Below, in pieces: positions 54,889 to 64,000 of a stretch of 64,000 bases of DNA. A program made the position numbers and the translations under genes. The notes under the pieces are model-generated. The model ran no database searches and had not been told where the DNA came from. It was given only the letters and a program-made list of their open reading frames with translations. The stretch comes from Podarcis tiliguerta (Eukaryota), in the NCBI GenBank assembly GCA_965153285.1, contig OZ229122.1. One strand, written 5' to 3'. How positions within the stretch are numbered: position 1 is the first letter of the stretch; each line of letters opens with the position of its first letter.

Positions 54889-55356
54889 CATGGGTAGGCA
54901 AACTAAGGTGTGTGGGCTGGATCAGGCCCAACTGCCTTCTAGATCCGGCCCGCAGATGGTCTGGGAATCGCTGCATGGATTGCCAGCACATGTGTTCTTT
55001 CCCTCTCCCTCACACGGCAGCTCTGGCGCTGGCGCCTCCTCCCTCCCTCCCTCCTCCTGGCTTCTCCCTGACCTGCCTAGAGGAGGAAGGGGGCTGGGCT
55101 TTGTTGGTGCCAGGGTCAGCAGTGATTGATCAGCCGCCATTTTAAGCAGCCCCTCTCTGGAGCCCTTTCGTGTGCCGCTCATCGTCCCTCCGCCGCCGCC
55201 AGCCCCTGCCGCTCGCAAGACACAGGTAAGCAGCCACCAGGGCTCATCCAGTACTGTGGAGAAGGGATGGGAGAGTCCGGGGGTTATAGTCTGGCCCCCC
55301 ACAAGGTCTGAGGGACAGGGGACCGGCCCCCTGCTGAAAAAGTTTGCTGACTCCTG
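54889..55356. mobile_element. Non-autonomous hAT element, 468 bp, perfect 8-bp TSD GTCAAGGG
   Basis: TSD at 54881-54888 and 55357-55364; TIR CATGGGTAGGCAAACT / AGTTTGCTGACTCCTG. Confidence 0.88.
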
Positions 55357-58173
55357 GTCAAGGGCTTCCACACCTCTTCCTCTTGCCCCCACCTCTCCTG
55401 CTCCACTGTCTCCCAGGATCAAGCAAGGATTGAAGAGGGAGGAGCAGAAACAGGTTACACGCGGATGCAGTCTTCACATGCTGCTTACGCGCAACTTGGG
55501 TGGGGAAGATACATAAGCTGAGGTCAGGGGCCAGGCCTCTCTGTCACTGCAACTGCCTCATCGGGTGCACACCTTGGAATAGCTGAGCAATGTAGGACTG
55601 ATAGACATGCCTTTTCCCTACTTGTAAGTGTACTTTTGACAATAAAGAGTTACCTCCTCACTCTGGACATTCCTTGTCTGACAGCCCCCTGGCAGGGCCG
55701 GGACACTGGGTGTTTCTGCAGAGATGAGGCTCCAACGTATTCTATGGTTTCTGTCTAAATAGAGTATTGTTTATTCTGTTTTGATTCTTACAACTATGTC
55801 CTGCATCTTGCATTGTATACATTTTGTAGCAAGGTTTGTAGGTTTTTCTTTAGCTATATAGGGAATGCCTTTAAAATATTCCCCTTTAGTGTTTGCTTAC
55901 AACCAATAGCCATGAGAGTTTGTGAGGTTATGCATAAAAATATAGGAATCTGACCACTGGGTAAATTTGTTGTCTTATTTACAGCATTCCTCCTCTCTGC
56001 TTCGGCCCAACCTCACCCTCACAAAAACAAAGTAACAAAGATGGAAGTAAGGTTTGCTAGTTACTGGGTTATTTTCATTAGGTAAATAAATACCAAATAC
56101 TTTGGTAGGCTGAATGCAAATATTCATACTTGATCAAATTGGATCTTCAAACATAGATATAGATATAGGCAAGCCCCAATGCTAGCAGGTAAAAATTAAA
56201 TCGGTAGAAAGGCATACTATAGTGCTAACATGCAGATCAACCTAGTTCTTCTTTAAGATAAACTTCTAGTCACTTTTTTTAAAAAAAAATGATTATTTTT
56301 TAAAATCCACCCTGATCACCCTGGGAGCAGGGGGGAAATGTTTATGGTTGAGTGTGATGAGAAATAAAAGCAGGTCTTGGGGAAAGAAGGTGAGGGAATG
56401 GCATCCTGCTATGTATATATCTAATTCAAAATGAACAGGGGAGGAAAGCAAGATGCAGAAAGAGTCAATAGAGTATAGAACAGATATAGATATATAGATA
56501 TATAACCATGAATAAAAAGTTGGCATTCAGTGGACTCCAAGGGGGCTGCATCCTAAGTCACCCCATTACAAAACTGAGGTCAAAGCATGACATCAAAAGT
56601 CAAAAACTGTATTGCATGCATTGCATCACAATTTCTGAAGAAAACTTTGGCAACTCTTTGATCTTCTACACCCCAGTTTGCCATCCATATATAAACACGT
56701 AATCACGATGAAGGTAAGCACAGGCGAACACCCACTATGTGGGCGATAAACATTACAGCTTAAGAAAACTGACGATGTTATAAGACTCACCCCTTTTTAA
56801 AGTATGTTAAGTTGAAGCAGCATTTACTGCTTTAAAAGGTGCTTGAAGAAGAGCTCCAGGACTCTGGGGCCTAATCTCCAACAAAAGTTAGCTTTTTGAT
56901 AGCCATGTCAAGGCAAACAAGATTGGCCAGGAAACAGGGTGATGGTGAACGATGGGCGATAGCATTTATAGTCAGGCTATTTCCCAAGGGTTCAGGCCAA
57001 ACTAATGTGTATGGATCTAGTCCCAGTGCATTCATGTTGTAATTCCGGGAAAGACAAGCTTACTAAAAACAACAGCAACATACTCTGCTACAGTTAAAAA
57101 TAAACACAGCTCAAGCATTTTGTTCCTTTAACTTGACAGGGCGGAACCTCTTCAAACTCTCCTAATCCTAAAGGTTGCAAAGGGTCCTACTTTCACACAA
57201 GTGAGCCCAGGTTTAGGGGGCCCTGAGTACAAACAGAAGTGCGAGACTGGAGAATAGCTGCAGCTTCTCAAGGAAAGGGAGAAGTTGTGCTGGATGCAAT
57301 AAGAAGTGGGCATAAAAGTATCATTGTGGGCAAGTTGTTTTTCAACCAGCCAGGTTTCTACAAACAATCCTTAATTTCTTTTCACGAAAGTAGGGTAGCT
57401 CGAGCCTCCCTGCTCCCCAGCTTTCTGAGACTAAATGCCCATACCCTAGTTCTGTCTGCCCCTGGACCATGTCTGTCCCAAACCTGTCATCTCCTACTGC
57501 CTATTCCTCTAGGGGCCACTTCTGCAAACACATACTCAGGGGCCCTATTCCTGCTATCTTAACATGCATGCATAAACATGTAACAAAATATCTGTGCATT
57601 TTAATCTTAAATTATTGTGCAATACTTGACTTTCCTATACAGAGCAGGTATCAATATTTTTTTTGAGAGAAACAGACTTGTGCGACATACCTACAAATAT
57701 TTTAGGCCAGAGGTAGCTAAACTTTCTTGGTCCAAGACCCACATTCACCCTTGGTGAGATCTCCAAGGTCTGCACACCAGTGGTAACACCACAACCTACA
57801 CACAGGGCAAACCCATGAACAAGACACAGTGCTCTGCCCTTCAGCTGAGCCATGAAGATCTAACTACCCCCTCCCAGCTCAAGTGGCCAGTTGGATGATT
57901 GGGAAGGGGACAATTTGCATCCCCATCAAGGTGTCCACTCCAATATCATGTCGACACTATTTTTGTTTCTGCCACTGCCAACATTATGGGGAGGAGGTCT
58001 AGGAGGCAGGGGAGAAACATTTCCCTGGAGAGCCGGATCTTACGGATTTGAGATTTGTATGTGAATACTATAGTTCACCTTAAGCCTCTGGTCCAGACTA
58101 ATAAATCACTTTTTGAGGGGTGGGGGTGGGAAAGAGGCTTATAACAGTATTAAAGATAGAACTTGAACTAAAA

Positions 58174-58309
58174 CAGGCATAGGCAAACTCGGCCCTCCGG
58201 ATGTTTTGGGATTACAACTCCCATCATCCCTGACCACTGGTCCTGTTAGCTAGGGATGATGGGAGTTGTGGTCCCAAAACATCTGGAGGGCTGAGTTTGC
58301 CTATGCCTG
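58174..58309. mobile_element. 136-bp palindromic hAT MITE, perfect 8-bp TSD AACTAAAA
   Basis: Near-perfect inverted arms of about 58 bp (CAGGCATAGGCAAACTC...GAGTTTGCCTATGCCTG); TSD at 58166-58173 and 58310-58317. Confidence 0.92.
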
Positions 58310-59821
58310 AACTAAAAGTACAGAGAACGAAAGGCTCAGATGGATCAGAGATGCAGACCAAGGTAACATGAATCAAGCCCGAATCCTAACACTTTGAATA
58401 GCAAGAAAAGACATTTGGGGCAGGCTCCAGCCTTTGAGGGACTACTGATAGCAAACCATTTGGTGAGATGACCCTGCTCACCCACCCCGCCTCCACAAGG
58501 TAAGTCACCATAATGGACAGTGGCGGCTTCTTCTTCCTCCCCTCTCCACGTGCCATCCAGTGAGTAGGCAGTGCAGTAGTGGTCACTGCTTGCTGCTGCC
58601 ATCGTAAGTGGGAGAAGGCAGGCAAGTAAGCAGTGGCAGCTGCTGTTCCTATCAGGCACCACTGCCTGCTTGCTTGGTGGCAAGCAAATCATAGCAGAAA
58701 ATGCTCCCACTACTGGTGGTGCATGCTAAAGGGTGGATGCACCCAATTAGTGTTTAATTACATTTTAATGATGGTCTTTTCTATGTTTTTAAGCTTGTTC
58801 TATTTTATCTGTGTAAGCCGCTTTGAGTCCCAGGCCGTAGAAATGGTGAAACAGAAATTATTATAATTACATGATAATCATAATATCACAGTGAGCCAGA
58901 AACAGGGAGAGGTGGCACTGTGGGCAAGTTAGGAGTTAATAGGTAAGCCTCTCATTAAGCACCTTGGGGCACAGTAGCTGCCCAATGAAGATAACCTAAA
59001 ACCAGCCTGGAAAAGCAGCAAGGGCAATGCTAAAATATGCAATGAAGCACAGAAAGGCTAAAGGGTGCTGAGCTGCATTCTTACTAGCAGACAGCAGCCA
59101 TTTTCAGAAGCAATGTATAATCTTACAGGAGTCTGCTGTGTCCTAATAAGAATGCTGCTCAGCAGCTTTGAAGTCCTGTGCCTGTTTTGCAGTGCCTACT
59201 TTATGCAAGTCTGCTCTGAACAGTCCAGTCTTGTTCTAGAGTGCCCAGGTTCAGAAGGCCAGCAGTCTAGTCTCACACTGAAAAATGTCTGTGCACATAC
59301 TAGAATAGTTCCTGTAAACTCCATTAGCCCTCATGTCTGGAAAGGGGAGGGGGAACCCTTCCCTTCACCTCTTAAGGTTTGAGGAAAACAGTATGTTCTC
59401 AACTGGCCCATGTTTACAGGAATTGCTTAAGGGACAACTCTCCCCCCACCACCCCAGCATTCAGGGGGAGGGGGGAGACAGAGCAAAGGGTAAGGAGATC
59501 TTCTCCATATGTTGCCAGAGTAGAGACAGGCTTGGGGTGGGAGTGGGTCACGATGGAATAATACTAACTCTCTCAGCTCTCATCACATGTTGCCTGAGCT
59601 GGGCATTTATTTTTATACCCTTGTTGTGGAAATATAATACAAGGGCACCATAATCCAGAGAACAAGTCCTTCTAGAAGATCAAGCTGCCTACACAACTCA
59701 AGCCTATAGAATCATAAAGTAGGAAAAATACTAGAGGAATTAACAGCAAACTCTGCCACTTTTACAAGCACTGTTCTTGAATCCTTGCACAGCAGGCATC
59801 AAAACTCTGGACTCCTAAATA

Positions 59822-60009
59822 CAGTGGTACCTCTGGTTGCAGACAGGACCCGTTCCAGAACTCCGGTCGGATCCCAAGGTTTTCGCAACTGGAGGTGCCT
59901 GTTCTGCGCATGTGCACACGGCGAAACCTGCAAAAATACTTCTGGGTTTGCTGCATACATAGCCCGAAGGATGCGTATCCAGAGGTGCATGCAACTAGAG
60001 GTACCATTG
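59822..60009. mobile_element. Tc1/mariner (pogo/Tigger-type) MITE with TA TSD
   Basis: TIR CAGTGGTACCTCTGGTTGCA / TGCAACTAGAGGTACCATTG, flanked by TA on both sides. Confidence 0.85.
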
Positions 60010-60274
60010 TACAAGCATCCCTCACTCTCACCCAATTCCAAAACCTTGCCAGAGACCAGGGAAATCACAGCTGCCCAACTCTCTTATGGTCACTCAATGT
60101 TGCATTTATAGGAAATGACTGAACAAGACTAGCCAGGGCATGAACAGGAGCAATCTTGAAGGATCATGTCTGATGAAATCATGTGCAAGGATACCAGGCC
60201 AGGCAATAGGGCAGATAACTGAGGAGGCAGCAAGCTTAATGGAAAGTTTCAGGCAGGCAGAATGCAAGTATTTG

Positions 60275-60455
60275 GGGAGGGGTCATAGACTCTGCTTTGC
60301 ATGCCGAAGGTCTCAGGTAAAATCCCTGGCATTTCCACATAGAATGGGAAGAGACCCCTTCCTGAACCCCAGAGAGCCACTGCCAGTCAGTGTAGTCAAT
60401 ACTGAGCTAGATAGACCAAGGGCCTAATTCAGTAAGGCCGTTTCCTATGTTCCTA
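60275..60455 (+). mobile_element. tRNA-derived SINE with CR1-like tail
   Basis: ctgctttgcatgccgaagg...gagagccactgccagtcagtgtagtcaatactgagctagat...ttcctatgttcct. Confidence 0.7.
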
Positions 60456-61699
60456 TAGTCCCCTACAGGCAAATTTCAATGAAGTTTTTTGTCTATAATC
60501 TACAACATCCACAGCTAATGAGCTCGGCCAACCAAAGCACCCCATTCTAGGACAAAGTTGAAAAACAAGCACTGACAGCCAAGGCCAATAATACAAGACA
60601 GCCGTAAGAACTCTATATGGCCTTGCAGGGATGAAAGAACAAGTTTGGTATGAAAGCTGTTACAGCTGAAGAGCCACCCCACTCAACAATCTAAAGCACA
60701 AGGCTTGGCACTCTGATCCACTGGAACAATGCTGGAGCTCAGATGACAAGGTGGATGATGTTCCAAAAAGCATATAAATGTAATCTACACAATCTCTTTC
60801 ATCCATAGCTTATGACTCACTTGGGAGTGTGGATTTCCCAAACACATTTGCTAAAAAAAATTATTTCAAGATACTTGAAATTAATATGGAATCAAAATAC
60901 TACATTACTTAGACTAACAAGGATGCTCCAGGATACCAGGTATTTCTACAAAAGCGTTTCTCAGCATACTGATCTGGTGTGACATAATATTAAGAACACA
61001 AAGAGTGAGTTGGAAGTCCCCAGTTCATTTTCTATACTATGAACCCTCTAAGCAGCTTCACACAAGTCACTTTCTTTTCAGTCTCAGCAACCAGCTTGTG
61101 ATATGCCAAATGTTATTATTCTGACATCTTGATATAAGGATTACTGAGACATTATTGTACACAAAGAACTTGGAAATATACTTCATACTTTTACAATTCC
61201 CCCCCCCCTATAACCTTTGGCTCCAGTCATGGGCAGCATTCAGTAAGAAACGAGTTCTTACCTTGAGGCAAGGCTCAGCATGGAGTATCTATAAACTGCT
61301 TCTGAGCATGTGCAGAGTACCTTTATTTCACTATTTCATAATCAACCCCAAACCAAAACACAGCAAGGAAGAGAGGAAGAGCTTTCCAGAGCAGACAAGT
61401 TTTAGGCAAGCTTTAATCCCAGTACTCACATTTTTAGAGCCACTTCTAGCTAACAGCAACAGGCTGTGTGTTTCCACAAAGGTGGGAAGTGAAGACTAAG
61501 ATAAAGTCATTCATGTAGCAGCTGCTAAAATAAGAAACTAGACAGAATCTAAAACAACACAGGAGAAGTAGGGGAAAGCTCTATTATAGAGTAACAAGGA
61601 AAATCCATACTTTGATTACACATCAGAAGACAGACACAAACATTCTTATTTAGTAAATCTGCCCCAGTTTTAAGCAAACAGTGGCTATAATACATAAAT

Positions 61700-62470
61700 G
61701 AATCCATGTCATTTTTAACCCGCTATTCATCAAACAAGTGATCCCAAGGCAGGGTACATCAAACTAACAACTCCCAAAAAGTCAGTTGCCTAATACATCA
61801 AGAATCCACTTTTTAAAAGGTAAGTTTTTAGCTAGTGCCAAACACCTACCAATGTTGGTGCCAACCAGATTTCAAGAGGGAGGGAATTCCAAAGCCAGGG
61901 AGCCACCACTGAAAAGGGTGTCTTTTGCTGCAGCAGTACCCTGCAGACCACCTGATTCACCCAGCAGCAAAAAAATTTTTTAACTTTACTTATTTTTGCT
62001 GTCAGGCAAATTGGGTAGTCTGCAGGGTAGCACGGCACCAAAAGACACCAATTTTGCTGCCGCGGTACCCAGCAGACCAGCTGACTGCAGCCAAGCAGGT
62101 GGAGATGCTAGGAGTCAAGAGGTGGCACCTGGATATCTCCATCCAGTTGCAAAAAGCTGGTTGCTAGTTGCAAAATGAGACTGGCGCCTGGCTAATTTCA
62201 GATGCTGGCTGCAGCTCCCAAACCACCTCATATAGAGCACATTATAGAATTCAAATCTACAGGTTACCAGAGCATGGATCACTGTGGTCAGGCTCTCTTT
62301 CCAGGAACAAGCTAGCAAAAAAGGTGCTTCCGGTGATGGAGATGAATCCGAGAGCATCCCACACCATGCACCCAACTCCATCAGAGGAAGCACAACCCTG
62401 TCCAGAACAGGCCATCTTCCCAATTCCCAGATATGGAAATAACTTATCCACAGAATCAATCTCCAAGCAT
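61700..62470 (-). mobile_element. Degenerate L2-clade LINE 3' fragment
   Basis: ESLTTVIHALVTCRFEFYNVLY and FSVVAPWLWNSLPLEIWLAPTL resemble the L2 ORF2 C-terminus. Confidence 0.75.
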
Positions 62471-64000
62471 TAGAGTGTCTATTCTACCCACTCAATAAAC
62501 TTTGAAAATCAAATTGCTGTGGCTGGATAGAAAAGCTCCTAGGAGCATGTCTTGTGCCTGTGATACTTTTAAAATGCCACAGTGTTTCTAAGTAGATGGC
62601 AGAAGATGGTAAAAATTTCCCACTAATGCAACACTACTCAAAGGCAGCCAGCATGCCTTCTACATTACCTCTATTAACACAAAAAGCCCCTTAACATCTC
62701 AAAATCCCCTGCAAGTGCTTCAGGTCACTCAGCAAAGAAAAACAAAGCCAAAATATTGCTCTGAAGTTAAGATTACACATCACATCACAAGCAAGCAGTT
62801 TTGGGTAAGTGCATGAATATGCATACAGGTGGGGGGGTGGTTCTTAGGAGACTCATTATTGCAGTCATGGAAGCTAGACATTGGTCTGGTGGATAAGGTA
62901 AGCAACTTTTTATCTCAGTGATAAATACACAACTCAGTCACAGAGCAAAGCAGAAGCATCCACTGTACTGACTAGGCCCAAGGAGAAATTATATCTTCCC
63001 CAACCCATCTAGTGAGAAGTGCTAGATTGGTACAGACACCTGCTTTCAAAGGATCACTCACTACTTTTGAATGAATAGTCATTGGAAAAGGAAATATTCT
63101 TCTGGTCAGCAGGGAGTGGATCAGACAGCAAAGGGCTAAATTCCCATCAGAAGAGTTAGCCGTTTGTTGTGTGATTCATTATCCTGTGGACCAAGAACAG
63201 AAGAGCTGCAGGACATGTGGTCCTCATCTCACAAGCTGTCCCATATTATAATTTATAAAAAAGAAGTGACTGAAGATCACACATATAAGAAAGGTATGCA
63301 TTTTATATTGGTTGGACATATTTTAAAATTTTATACTGCTTTTATTGATTGGTCCTAATGTTTTCTTATGTTCTGAGCCTTGTTGAGAGTTTGTATGTTT
63401 TTTAACAGAATACAAATAAAACAACTCCTTTGGTAATCAGGTAGGGCCTGACTGGTGGTTATCACATGGTGAAATGAAGAGTCAGAAGCTCTTTATTACC
63501 AGTTCATATGTTCCATGCTGAATGTTAGCAAACCCAGCTCTCACATCACCTCTAGACAAACAGTTAAAAAAATACATAATGTATCAGCTCAGGGGATACT
63601 ACACTTGCTTGTCTGGGCAGGGAGTGGCTGTACAGCTGCTGCAGGAAAAGGTGTAGCCCCATAGCAAGCAGTTTGTGGCATTTGCATGCGTGGGGGTGAG
63701 GGAGGTAAAGTGTTTTGAGGGTTGCAGCAATGCTTACCTCCCACACAAGCTGGTATTTGGATTAGCCCAAATTCTTCCCGGCAGTGGATCCAGTCTAAGC
63801 CAGCTAGGGTTCCTAGCAGACTCACTGCATCCAGCGAGCAAAGAACATATGCTGAGAAATGGGGCTTAAAATAAAAAACAAATTCAGCAACGCATTAGGG
63901 AGTTGCATGATATTTTATCATGCAAAAAAGGAAAGCCCTAGACAACACAAAAGTGATCGTATGCTACTCACACCTGGCTCTTATTTTCATACGCAAAGCA

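Noticed and set aside
48944-64000. NFE2L1 first coding exon (MLSLKKY..., NHB1/NHB2)
   Set aside because: No matching ORF of about 170 aa in the window; it presumably lies beyond 64000. Not evidence of loss.

Overview
Vertebrate genomic DNA, almost certainly a squamate (a full-length Sauria SINE, Squam3-like SINEs and CAGTGGTACCTC-ended MITEs point to a lizard, probably a lacertid). It covers the conserved SNX11-CBX1-NFE2L1 block, which in mammals lies next to SKAP1 and the HOXB cluster. SNX11 (- strand) shows four homology-supported coding exons and a probable terminal exon; its first coding exon was not found and may lie in an N gap. CBX1/HP1-beta (+ strand) is complete: four coding exons, 185 aa. 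NFE2L1/Nrf1 (- strand) shows its last four coding exons; the ER-anchor exon lies outside the window. SNX11 and CBX1 have divergent CpG promoters, and CBX1 and NFE2L1 are convergent with poly(A) signals about 330 bp apart. The rest is intron and intergenic DNA with LINE relics (L1, L2, RTE, CR1), SINEs, hAT and Tc1/pogo-type MITEs, microsatellites and two assembly gaps. I see no unambiguous new biological system. The best leads are: candidate internal NFE2L1 promoters/first exons that would give anchor-less isoforms, including an 84-bp motif-preserving duplication; loss of one Fbw7-type degron in Nrf1; a piggyBac-signature hairpin in the NFE2L1 3'UTR; a three-layer nested transposon; and a structured repeat in CBX1 intron 1. 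Comparisons to mammalian sequences are from memory, not from a search.
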